From assembly GCA_965645245.1 (NCBI GenBank), contig OZ287069.1:2418001-2482000 (forward strand): a stretch of 64,000 nt of DNA, in the 5' to 3' direction. The notes under the pieces are model-generated. The model did no database searches. It saw only the letters and a list, made by a program, of their open reading frames with translations, and was not told the DNA's origin. Positions 1 to 10,864 of the stretch are shown piece after piece (position 1 is the first letter of the stretch; each line of letters opens with the position of its first letter). The stretch is from Massalongia carnosa. Lineage: Eukaryota. Position numbers and translations under genes: made by a program.

Positions 1-1210
1 ACTTTGTCGAGGAAGGACAACCGGCTCCGTCTCGACATGCCACGTTGGTCGGTTCTTCCAGATGCCATTCAGACGCTCCTTCTCCTCTTTTCGGACGGGG
101 CAGAGGTGAGACCACGCCGGATGATTCCCGCCGCACACGGCGCACTTGCGTCGATCCGCAGGCGCTTTGCATGCTTGCGAGCGATGTCCTTGAGCGCAGC
201 CTGCGCATCGAAGGGCGTTCTTGCATGCGGTGCCCGTATGTCCGTACTTCTGGCAGTGAAAGCACTGTTTTAGACGACAGTTCTTATCGAAGTACTCACA
301 TATTCTATGCGAGTAATCCTGCAGAAGACCCTCTTTAATCAGTCTGTTTGCCGTCTCTGCGGTGGCTACTTCAACTATTAGCGAGGAGTGAATCTTGGCT
401 TCTGAAACTGCCCTTTTGGTCCATGCAATGCGGCAGATCTGCAGTCCCGGATGAAGCTGCTCATTCTGTTTCTCTAGACTCTTGATGGTAGCTTGTGCGT
501 TAACTGTGTCGACGCTGTCTACGCGCACCCCATGCGCTAACACAGCGAATGTGCGTCGCACTACATACGCTGAGTCCGCAAGCCCTTTATGTAGCTGTTG
601 ATCCATCTCCATTCTAGCCTTAGCTTCCATCTTGCACGCCAGCAGCTCCAAGTCGCCGCTTGGGAGACGTCGCACCGCCAGTACATCGCCGGTCTTCTCC
701 TCGATAGTCTTGATTCTGTCCATAAGTGCCTTGTTCGACAAGGCTTTGATTCCGACTTTCTCTGCGTCGTTCCTGAACTTGATCAGAACGGACTTTCTTC
801 TCTTTATCTCCTCCAGCTGTCGTTGCTGCTCCATTACGGAGTTGCGCGTCGCCGTCGTGTTGCTGTCGTTTCTGCTACTTCCCGCGGACGCTACCGCGGC
901 GTAGCTCTTGACTGCTGCCGTCGTCTTGGTCGTGTTCGCTTCTATGCGCGTTAATTGCTGTTGAATCAGCTGCATATCATTGCGTAGCTCGCTCTCCGGA
1001 AGCGCGAGAAAGTGAATCAACTCCTTTGCTTCTTGTAGCAGTGTCAAGATCTCTGATCCCTTAATTATCTCTCTGGATTTGTCGCGTAGCTGTTTTTCAA
1101 TGTCAGCTACATATTGCGCGTACTGCTCGGCTCGTAAGGTTTGCGCTGCTTTTCTTCTCTTGTAGCGCCCGCGCAGCGATGTCGCCACGCCGCCTACTCG
1201 GCGTCGACAT
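1..1210 (-). mobile_element. Tad1-clade LINE ORF1 (gag-like, three CCHC zinc knuckles), running off the left edge of the window
   Basis: Manual minus-strand translation gives KSYAAVAS..VRRLPSGDL..FAVLAHGV..SSLIVEV..CFHCQKYGHTGTAC..CAGCAQGHRSQAC..CAVCGGNHPAWSHLC. It is absent from the ORF track because no stop is reached before base 1. The ATG at 1210 is out of frame with the main ORF (probable 1-bp indel near 1150); the next in-frame ATG is at 975. Confidence 0.85.
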
Positions 1211-1532
1211 AACGTCGGTACGCGTTACAAGGGAAACGTGTTGAGAGAATAGATAGATGTGAGAGTCAAATCAATAATAGTAGCCTAGATTGTGCTTGTC
1301 GATTGTTATCGCGATGATGATCCGTTTACGATTAATGACATCTTATGAATGAAGAGTAGAAAGCTTGTGAATGAAGAACTTGATTTTTATATCTTAGAGT
1401 TCTATAATACAATGTGTGAGGGATAAAGTAGGAGGATGATGTGTTGACTTCTCCTTTTGAGAAAAACAAGCAGCATTCCTTTTATTTATCATCATGCACC
1501 TCATTGTCCTAGCAATATTTGCTCCAAGCCCA

Positions 1533-1783
1533 TATCCTAGTGAAATTTTGTCTAACACTTGGTGGCTTGATTGTAGTCTGATGAACTTTGATCTGTCATC
1601 GGCTTGTATCCTAGTGAACTTTTACCTATCACTTGGTGGCTTGATTGTAACCTGATGAACTTTGATCTATCATCGGCTTGTATCCTAGTGAACTTTTATC
1701 TATCACTTGGTGGCTTAATTGTAACCTGATGAACTTTGATCTATCATCGGCTTGTATCCTCGTGAACTTTTATCTATCACTTG
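1533..1783. repeat. 74-bp tandem repeat, ~3.4 copies
   Basis: TATCCTAG/TATCCTCG recurs at 1533, 1607, 1681 and 1755 with near-identical intervening sequence. Confidence 0.95.
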
Positions 1784-2650
1784 ACGACAAGGAAAAACAG
1801 AGTCTGAACAGGGATATACCGTTTTCATTTAACAGGCACAGGGCCTATTAAATGAAACAGGGTTCTTCCACTTTCACTACTTCCATGTTTTCCCTTCTGT
1901 GGCATTCAAAAAATCTCTTTTGGCAAGGAAGGACTACTTTTCCAAGATGGGTCTGTATCTCTTCCTGCTCCCTGAACCTAGTTGACATAGTGGTATCCTT
2001 TGGTCTTTAGAGGTTCATCATTCCTTCTAATCTCCAGGCATACACGCTATTCAAAGGTTTGTTGAGATTGCCTTGGGCCTTTGGCTAACGGCCTGTCTGG
2101 TGTCCAAGGTCTTTGTAGGTATTGTGCCTTTGAATTTCAATCACTATTGAATTTCGTGTAATGATGCATGTGCGTAGTTCACGATAGATAATCGTGGTGA
2201 GGTAACTTCTAAGTACGCAAAGAAATTTTAATTATTGCATCTAAGGGGGGTTTTTTTTTTTGGTGAACGATGATGCTTAGCTATTATGCACTGTAGTGCT
2301 GCGAATGAGCAATTCGATTCGTGACTGAATCGATAGCGCCCTTCCGGGCTCATAACCTGTTGAAATAGGTATATGACTATGGCTATATGGCTATGATAAA
2401 AATGGTATGTATGACCGTGATGTTAAGGATGAAGCGTGCTGTTCAGCATCTTTGTCCCATAACTGGTCACCCTCTGCTAAGCGAGGTGATAAGATTATCT
2501 GAGCCGATCTTATCTAATATCTAGGCTAAGCCTAATACGGCATCTACGGTTTCTGTAGGTGCTCTTATGTTCATTGAACTGGTAGGTGTTCACTGTACTG
2601 GTAGGAGTTGAATATTCAACAGGTATCAAGGGATATGATTTTTACACCTG

Positions 2651-2752
2651 AAAAAGGTTTTCCATGTAACATAACTTAGATAGCTTTGCCCGCATGGGCC
2701 GGCCTACGGCCGGTGACATATCGGAGTATGAATACATCATCATCATCATCAT
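2651..2752 (+). mobile_element. LINE-related 3' end (hairpin plus (CAT)n tail); 5' extent unclear
   Basis: AAAAGGTTTTCCATGTA...TTGCCCGCATGGGCCGGCCTACGGCCGG...(CAT)n is an inverted, diverged copy of the 3' UTR at 2765-2871. Confidence 0.75.
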
Positions 2753-2764
2753 AACCGTTATTAT

Positions 2765-4758
2765 GATGATGATGATGATGATGATGATAATTCTTATTCC
2801 GATGTGGTACTGGCCGAAGGCCGGCCCATGCGGGCAAGTCTATGGAATTATATAATACATGGAAAACCTTTTGAGGAAGAAAAACCAAGTCATCCGATAC
2901 TTCTACGAATACTCTCCGAGTCTCCGTCGAGAGATCTTCCTAAAGAACAGTTGACCGATGAAAAGTTAAAGAAAAGAATCGACGTATTTAATCGCCAATT
3001 GTCAATGATATAAATGCTGTGCTGCCAGTGAGAACTGGGTTAGTAAGCCGGTCTTCATTAACCAAGCGGTAACTAGTTTCATCGCTCTGGATGAGTCAGT
3101 AATGAGTCTATAATTATTTGTTCCTATGGAGCGTAACATTGAACGTCTGTTACTGTTGAGTTTGCAAAACATGATTACATGTTTCGCGGTTTGTTTTGGC
3201 CAGCCACATGGACACTTCGGTGTCAAGACGTCGGGAACGCGACGTCTAAATAGGAAGTCGGCTAGACCTATCTTTTCTGAGCGTATCTGAATTGATAGAG
3301 CGCTTTCTGCTTTGGCTAGAGTTTCGTGTAATTTGATGCGTGTTTTTGTGAGTGGGGCTGCTTGTGCTGGAGTAGGCGTAGATGTGAGGTTCTGATATGA
3401 TTTCCAAGAGGTCTGCCATGCGTCTGTATATCGTTGTTTTATTTTCGCGATTATTTTGCCTTGAACGGCACGCGCTTCTTGGATGTCTCGAGCTGTATTT
3501 AGGGGGGTTTCGGCCCATGGTGGGTTCGCTACCGGCATCAGGCTTTTTTGCTTGGCCCATGCATATTTCAGCGTTCCCGGAGTACTCGCAGGAGCTCGCT
3601 TTCGTCCAGGCCGTCCTCTGAGTTTGTTTGCAATGGAGTTGCATGCATTGATGATGAATTTCCTTTGACCTCCCTGACACAAGCGATGTCTAGCCTGAGC
3701 CTGAAGTTGATCTAGATGTATATCAATTGGGGCTATGTACGTTTCCGCTTCCAGTACCGGTATGGGAGTCGCCTTAAATGCCCCAGCTATAGTTCGTAAG
3801 CATTCATTCTGTATGACGGCTAGCTTGTTTGAGATACCGTTCGATTTTTTTATTTCCTTTGGCGTGTGCCATATGGTAGAACCATACGTCATGGCCGGAC
3901 GGACTACGGCGGTGTATACTTGGCGGGCTTTTGGAAAGGTGGCGCCCCATGTGGAGGTAGAGATTTTTGTCAGTGCCTTGGATTGTTTTGTCAATTTTCC
4001 TGGATCTTTCTGACGTGCGGACCCCATTTCAATTTTGTGTCGATTCGAAGTCCCAAGATTCTAATGTCCGTTTTTGGTTCTATGATGCTATTTTCTATTC
4101 TAACGATAGTATCTTCGGATTTCTTGACAAGTGTATCAGTTCGTACTTTTTCGGTGCAAAAACTGATCCGTGTCGAATAGCCTATTTTTCGCATTTCTTG
4201 TGAATTTCCTCCAGCGTTTTGCAGTTTTCTTTCGTGCTTTTCCCATATGCTAGTACGTTTATGTCGTCTACGAAACCTAAGGCGCTCGTGTTTGTTCCGG
4301 GTCTTTCACATATGTCTAACAGGTCTGCGTTATAGAATAGATAAAGGATAGGAGAAATAGGAGAGCCTTGTGGTATTCCAGTTCGTACTTCGAATATGCC
4401 GGTGACTCGGCTATGTATTGCTAGGGTGGTGCTTCTCTTTTAAAAAACTGTCTACCCAGTCAGTAATCCATTTTGGGATTTTTCGTTTGCGCAGGTTATG
4501 AATTAAACGTCGATGTGACACTGTATCATACGCTCCTGCTACGTCCATGCTTAACAGAGTAGCTATTTTGTCGTTGCCTTGCCCCTAAACTGTGTGAATT
4601 TGTTCAGTTAACAATTCCAGAGCAGTTTCGATTGATCTTCCTCTTCTCGCCCCCATTTGTGTGTCCGGTAGGAGTCTGTGGGTTCCGCTAGGTGAGTAAT
4701 TTTCTTGGACATGATAGATTCCATAACCTTGCCGAGCGTGATCAGAATTGCTATGGGG
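2765..4758 (-). mobile_element. 5'-truncated Tad1-like LINE with (CAT)n tail and 14-bp TSD
   Basis: ATAACCGTTATTAT at 2751-2764 and 4759-4772 flanks an RT-coding segment, a 3' UTR with GC hairpin, and a (GAT)n tail as read on the + strand. Confidence 0.92.
3002..4758 (-). pseudogene. non-LTR reverse transcriptase (ORF2) fragment with C-terminal zinc finger; stops and frameshifts
   Basis: Motifs PIAILITLGKVMES, QMGARRGRS, AYDTVSH, GIPQGSPISPILYLF, GFVDDINVL, LGLRIDTKLKWGPH, YTAVVRPAMTYGS and CPCGWPKQTAKHVIMFC, split across frames. Confidence 0.9.
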
Positions 4759-4814
4759 ATAACCGTTATTATATTTATATACCTTTTATTTTTATTTTTT
4801 TTATAATATCTTTA

Positions 4815-7427
4815 GGGAACGGATAACAGGACACCACTTTGGTTAGATAAACACCACCTCCGGTTAGGTAAACACCACCTCCGGTTAGGTAAACACCGCT
4901 AGCCCAGGTAAGGTAGATTCCTCGGCCCGCCCGCCTCTTCCACTTTTAGGTCTAGCGGTTGAAACTCCCACATTCTACCTGCACCTCATCCTTGCACTCA
5001 TATTTCACATTTGATCTGCAGGCACCCTGCCGCCGCCACGTCGTCATGCCGCTTCGACCTCCCGAAGATAGTCAATCCTTTGCCTCACTAGAAGACCTGT
5101 TGCTTAGAGTCAATGAGCATGCCGCCCCCGAAGGCTACGCCGTGGTGCTTCTTCGAACCAAGAAAACCAAGCTGGGAGTGAGAAATAAAGCTTGGTTAAA
5201 ATGCGACCGAGGTGGAAAAGTCAGAGAACCGCAGGGTCAGGATCGTCGGCACACCAGCAGTCGACTAATTGCTTGTCCATTTGCCCTGACAGCCAAAATG
5301 GACGACGAGGTGTGGTTTTGGAGGTGGTAAATGGGACACACAATCATCCGTCCAGTCTTGCTGGCTCTCATCCTGCCTTGAGAAAAATCGCTCTGACCGG
5401 TGTAAAGGATGACGTTACCAGACAGTTAACAGTACAAACGTCGGCGTCAAAGGTTTTGTCTAGTCTGCGTGTTCCCGATGTGAATGCAGATCTCAGTCCT
5501 CATGATCCCAATGCCGAGATCATTGTGAATCCGATGTTTAAACCTCGGGACATCTACAACTTAAAGGCGCAGATGAGACGTGATGTCTTGGGACCATTGA
5601 CTCCTATTCAGGCATTGATTCGTGAGTTTGACGAAAAGGATTGGGTGTACAACTTTCAACAAGACATTCAGCAGCAGATTACGCATCTCTTCTTCATCAA
5701 GGGCAGTTCCCAAACTCTTCTGATAGATAATCATGAAGTTCTCATTATGGATTGCACGTACAAGACCAATCGATACAAAATGCCTCTTCTCGTCATCAGC
5801 GGACAAACCGCGCTACATACTACCTTTTATGTCGCCTTTTGCTTTCTGATCACGGAGACAGCAGAGGACTACATCTGGGCTTTACAGCAATTGAAGGAGG
5901 TGTATTCTCGATTGGAACTTCCTGATTCGATTATTCTCGTGTCCGACATGGAGAAAGGATTAATGTTGGCATCTTCCATAGTCTTTCCAAATATCAATTA
6001 TTTGCTATGCATCTGGCACATCAATCAGAATGTGTTGACAAAGTGCAAAAAATCTTTCGACAATGAGGAATGGAAGATCTTTTTGTCAGATTGGAAATCA
6101 GTGATCTATGCAGCAACCGAGCCTCAATTTTGGAAGCTATGGGAGCAGTTTTCTGCTACCTATATGACTTCTCATGAAGATTGTATTCGATATTTGAAGT
6201 CCACCTACATTGATAATCATCGCGATCGCTTCATGGCATGCTACACCAACAAGGTGCTGCATTTTGAGACAACGGTAACGTCGCGAGGGAAAGGCGCACA
6301 TGCAGTATTAAAACGTCAATTAGGATCATCGACCGGAGATTTGAAGCTGGTAGTTGACGGCATTAATCTGCTACTAACAAATCAGTATCATGATCATCTG
6401 ATTGCTTTTGAAGAAGCCAGAACACGTTTTCCACTTCATCTTCGCAAAGTTATCTTTCAGCAACTGAGAGCATTTATCAGTCCCTATGCCCTGAAAAAGA
6501 TTCTACACCAATACGAGTTATTAACAGGAAGACCGACTGTTATTCCAGCTTGTACCAACGTCTTCACTACCATCACCGGCTTGCCTTGTAGTCATCTGAT
6601 TCAGCAACGATTATTCGAGAATGAAGGAAGTCTGAAATTGGAAGATGTGCACCCGCATTGGAAGTAGGTTATTGTCATCTGATCGATGGTCAGCGATCAG
6701 CTACTAACAACAGTTCAAGGTTGGAAAAGCGCGCCCCTCCGATTGCTTTGATTAATCCTCTTCTTCTAGTGAGGGTACCGGAGATAGCCCGACCTCGTGG
6801 TCGCCCTCAGGGAGCGGAAAACAGACGAGCGGAGGCATTTGACAATTCCACTCATCGATTACCATCTCAATTCGAACGGGTTGAAATGGAAACAGCTGAT
6901 GCAATAGCTCCGGTGGAACGAGCTATTCATCGAGCCAATACTACACCAGGCAGGGTAGGACGTCGGGGGCGAGGGCGAGGGCGAGGACGAGGGGGAGGGA
7001 GAGGAGGGGGAGGGGGGGTTGGTGAAAGAGCTGAGACAAACACAAGGACTGGCCGAGCTAGGGCTAGGGCTAGTCGAGGCAGAGCTGGTCGAGGAAGGGG
7101 AGACGGGATTGGCGGGGATGCAGCAGATGGAATTGGCGGGGATGCAGCGAATGCGGCTCCAATCAACTGATTTGCATTACTAAGCTTCAAATAAAGGGTG
7201 CGATTCATGAAGACAGTGCCAATCGACAAATCCAATGTCTAGTAATCGATGGTTGAAAGCTGAATTGAATTTTTTCTTGAGGTGTCAGTGTTGGGATGTG
7301 GACTGCTAGACCTAAAAGAGGAAGAAGGCGGACGGGGCCGAGGAATCTACCCTACCTGGGCTAGCGGTGTTTACCTAACCGGAGGTGGTGTCTATCTAAC
7401 CAAAGTGGTGTCCTGTTATCCGTTCCC
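4815..7427 (+). mobile_element. Mutator-like (MULE) DNA transposon, ~120-140-bp TIRs, 8-bp TSD
   Basis: GGGAACGGATAACAGGACACCACTTTGG... at 4815 is inverted at 7427. TATCTTTA is duplicated at 4807-4814 and 7428-7435. Confidence 0.95.
5046..7170 (+). pseudogene. MULE transposase (FAR1-like DNA-binding domain, DDE core, SWIM finger, AT-hook/RG-rich tail), frameshifted near 5315
   Basis: CDRGG..CPF..HNHP is split across two frames. IMDCTYKTNRYKMPLL, VSDMEKGL, LCIWHINQN, TSRGKGAH and GLPCSH are present; RPRGRP lies in a downstream frame (probable intron after 6663). Confidence 0.88.
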
Positions 7428-7492
7428 TATCTTTATTAAACGTCTTTCCTTTAATTAAAAAAGAAAATATCGAAAGGTATTAATTAGCTTAT

Positions 7493-7545
7493 GATTGATG
7501 ATTGATTCTTGTATCGATCTGACACCGGCCGAAGGCCGGCCCAAG
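7493..7545 (-). mobile_element. 53-bp LINE 3'-end micro-insertion with 14-bp TSD
   Basis: ATTAATTAGCTTAT at 7479-7492 and 7546-7559 flanks GATTGATGATTGAT...CCGGCCGAAGGCCGGCCCA, the same hairpin as at 2812-2828. Confidence 0.85.
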
Positions 7546-7609
7546 ATTAATTAGCTTATAATATTATAATAATATATTAGCAATTTTTATACAGTCGAAC
7601 CCCGCTATC

Positions 7610-7891
7610 TGTCACGATTCTACTCGGCACGACCTCGGCACTCGGATGAATTCGGCACCGCCTAGGGCAAACCGTAGATGGAACGCGCAGGAACTTTCGA
7701 TTTCGTTCCCGCACCTTCGATTTTGTTCCAGCAGTCACGAGAAGATTCCATCGCGACTATACCACATGGGTATTAGCGCAATAGTGGATATATAGGGGAA
7801 GGTTCGGGTTGTCAATTGTCTTTTTCCTTCCTCATCTTTATTGTATTCGTTTCTAGTGTCCCTATGACTTGTCTCTAGGTAGATCATAACA
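7610..7891. mobile_element. solo LTR (282 bp), 5-bp TSD
   Basis: TGTCACGATTCTAC...GTAGATCATAACA termini (TG..CA with a short inverted repeat). CTATC is duplicated at 7605-7609 and 7892-7896. Confidence 0.85.
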
Positions 7892-8082
7892 CTATCCGTA
7901 TAACGAAAACCTCGGCATAACGAAATTATTTTCGGATTTTTTGTAGTTATATGGTAAAAACCTCGTTATAACGAAAAACCCCTCCATTACGATATAACGA
8001 TATTTATTTTCATATTTTTGGTGACGTTCGTTATAGCGAGGTGGTAAAACCATCATATATTTGCTACGATTCTGCTGTAAAT

Positions 8083-9850
8083 ATGTCTCGAGAATGGCCT
8101 GCCTCCATGTCTTTGTCAACTTCCCCCCCTCGAAAAAAAACCCGTCATGGAATCACGAATATTCAGCGAAAAGCTCTTCGGGACTGGTACAATGATGATT
8201 CAAAAAATAAAGTGACTCAGAACGACTGTCGCATGTGGTGGAAAAGAGAGTATAATTATGTGCCTGGGAGTGCATCTATCAGCGAGATTCTTAGTTCCAA
8301 ATATGCTTACTTGGATGATAAAGAGGAGGCGAGTTCAATCAAACGGGAGGTTATTCCCAAATGGCCTGTGTTAGAAGATGCTTTGTTCGAATGGGAGCAG
8401 TGATATGAACAGGCCAGTCTCACTGTTAATGCTGACGTGCTACGGACCAAGGCCACCGAGTTGTGGAACAAACTGCCTCAGTATGAAGGTATTCCCACTC
8501 CGAAATGGAGCAATGGCTGGCTGGATCGGTTTAAAAGACGACGAGGACTCAAACAACGCATTCATCATGGCGAGGCTGGTTCAGCTGATCAAAGCGAAAA
8601 TGTATAGTAGATAATGACTGATCTTCGTAAATTAGTATCTGAATATGCTGCCAAAGACGTTTATAACATGGATGAAACAGGGCTTTTTTGGAAAATGGCA
8701 CCCGATCGATCTCTTGGTACTGAGAGGCACGCCGGTCAGAAGCAGGATAAGGTGTGTTTTTCACAGTAAGCTGCTTCAATTTGGCAGAGTTCTAATTATA
8801 ACAGGCTAGAATCACTGCCTGTCTCACATGTAATGCTGATGGGTCGGATAAACCTGATATCTGTTTTATTGGTAAGGCCAAAAGGCCAAATTGTTTTCGG
8901 GATGCCAAAATTCATGGACTGGAGAATGTGGGTGCTGTTTGGAGGTATAATCCCAAGGCCTGGAATAACAACATCATCATGAGAGAATATTTGCATTAGT
9001 TAAATGGTCATATAAATGGACGATCGATTTTGTTGTTGATGGATAATTTCAGTGCTCACGAATTGGCTGTGAAAATTTTGATGGATGAAGGTAAATAAAT
9101 CAATGTGTTAACGTTATAATTAATCATGACATCGTTTCTAAAATCGTCTATCCAGGTGTTTTGCAGAATATTCGCATTGCGTGGCTACCTGCAAATGCCA
9201 CCTCATTACATCAACCTTTGGATCAAGGCATCATACAAAACTGGAAGGTCTATGTACGAAAACAACTCGTCCAGTTTATGGTAAGTTCTTTCGATGCTGG
9301 AAAACATCCGACTGCCTCCATAAATGTTCTTCGTGTCATTCGATGGGGCATTTCAGCATGGGAAAACGACGTCAAACCTTCCACCATACAGAACTGCTGG
9401 GGGCGATCAGGAGTCATTGATTGGGGTTCAGCACCCTTCAATCAACCAAGAACCTCGAGATGGGTCGAGTCCGAGACTGTTTTGCAAGAGATTACACAGG
9501 ACATACGTCAGATGCAGGTCATGGGTAGAATAGAAGAGGCGATGAACATTCATCAATTTATAAACCCGCCCGAGGCTACAGGGGACACAAATGAAGATAT
9601 TATGAATGATATCGTTTCACGATATGCGGAGCAGGAAAGGCTCGCTGAGACGGATGAAGAGGTGGAAGTTACACCTGTTATAACGGTCTGTTAAGCACAG
9701 GAGGCTTGTAGGATCCTGAGACTGCATGAAGAACAGCAGTTGAAGGGCGATATGGGCATGCTTCGTCAATTACGAAGGCATGAACGGGGGCTGTTTGAAA
9801 GACGGCAAAACAGTCAAAAACAATCTACTTTAAGCACTTGGGTAGTTGCT
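8083..9850 (+). pseudogene. pogo/Tigger-type DDD transposase with two probable introns and several premature stops (3' end approximate)
   Basis: KWPVLEDALFEW, WSNGWLDRFKRR, VYNMDETGLFW, CNADGSDK, LLLMDNFSAH and QPLDQGII are present. In-frame stops occur at 8401, ~8605 (two) and ~8997; GT..AG introns at ~8752-8804 and ~9091-9155. Confidence 0.88.
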
Positions 9851-9954
9851 GGGGACAAGGGGGGGGGATTGGGAGTTTATAGGGGGGCAAAGTAGTAAAT
9901 TTACCATGATTTTCCCCATCTCCCCCGATATAAGAAAAACCCGCTATAACGAAA

Positions 9955-10512
9955 TTATTTTGGTAAAACGACGGCTCTTTTTGGGGATTCAGCTCGTTTT
10001 CTTTTTTGGTTTGGAGAAATATCTTGAAGCACCCTTCCCATATATTTTGCTCGCTCAAAGTCGATAAGCATCACCCGGCCCACTTCTCGATTCCATAGAA
10101 GGTTTGGTGGCCGTACATCCATCTGATCGATTCCTGCCCGTTGAACCTCGGCGGCAGTTCGCCAGGTTTCCCGCTGTAAGCCTTTCCATCCTTTCACACT
10201 CTCATCCTCGTCGGCAAGTTCACCACCCCAAGACATTAAAAGCATGTGCAGTATCCTGACGTCCACATCAAGATAGTACCACTCGGTGAGTTCAATATTT
10301 CCCAAGCACACTGGTATCACTCTACCTTGGAGCCTCGCAAGCCGCCGATAAATATTACCCTCATGCAGTAAATCAGGCACAAAAGCTTGTACTGTACCTT
10401 TGCCAACGAAAACATAGCCGTGTGAAGCCAATGTAATCCTGAAAAGGGCCCCCCGTGCCCCTTGAAGGCCAAGCGGCTCGCAATTGTGGTCGAGGTCCTC
10501 GGTGAGCTGCTG
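9955..10512 (-). pseudogene. kinase-like C-terminal fragment resembling the Spok-family kinase domain
   Basis: QLTEDLDHNCEPLGLQGARGALFRITLASHGYVFVGKGT..LLHEGNIYRRLARLQGRVIPVCLG..MLLMSWGG..QMDVRPPNLLWN..LIDFERA. No upstream domains are visible. The family assignment is from recalled motifs. Confidence 0.6.
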
Positions 10513-10864
10513 TAGCTATCTATTAGAATGTCCGCCAGGTGGGTAGGTAATTCGTGGGTTCCATGGTGTCGGCTAAATATATATGTAATTCCTATTTCTG
10601 ATTGGGCAACTCTCCCATTACTGCTGCCCGGCTGGCGCTCGATTTTGCTGGGAATTCGTTCTATAATGGCTTTGCTTTAACAGCAGTGAGAGGAAAACCT
10701 CACCTAGAAGTGAGGGAGTGTGGAAAAGATCTTTTGAAGCTAAACCCCGAATCAATGATGATGAGGAGGGAAAGAGTGTTAGAAGGTCATCTATTTACGG
10801 TTTCTTTCTCTCCTTATTGTCCAATTATTTGAACGTCGTTCCCTTGGCTCTCGGTCTTCATCGA

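Larger units (their letters stand above)
7592..9965 (+). mobile_element. pogo/Tigger-like DNA transposon (CENP-B HTH + DDE_1); left TIR interrupted by a solo LTR, right end truncated
   Basis: TA|CAGTCGAACCCCGCTAT terminus at 7592. Repeated TATAACGAA subterminal motifs at 7897-8041 and 9925-9960 surround a degenerate transposase. Confidence 0.8.

Noticed and set aside
4..954. Plus-strand ORFs 4-273, 45-338, 598-954 and 632-904
   Set aside because: Antisense shadows of the minus-strand LINE ORF1.
1533..1783. CRISPR-like regularly spaced repeats
   Set aside because: The units are contiguous near-identical copies with no unique spacers; the context is eukaryotic and there are no cas genes.
2335..2365. 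GGGCTCATAACC resembling an initiator tRNA-Met anticodon arm (possible SINE head)
   Set aside because: Only a weak 4-bp stem; no T-arm/B-box or acceptor stem is recognisable.
2676..2888. 70-aa ORF with poly-His and poly-Asp
   Set aside because: An artefact of the two opposed (CAT)n LINE tails.
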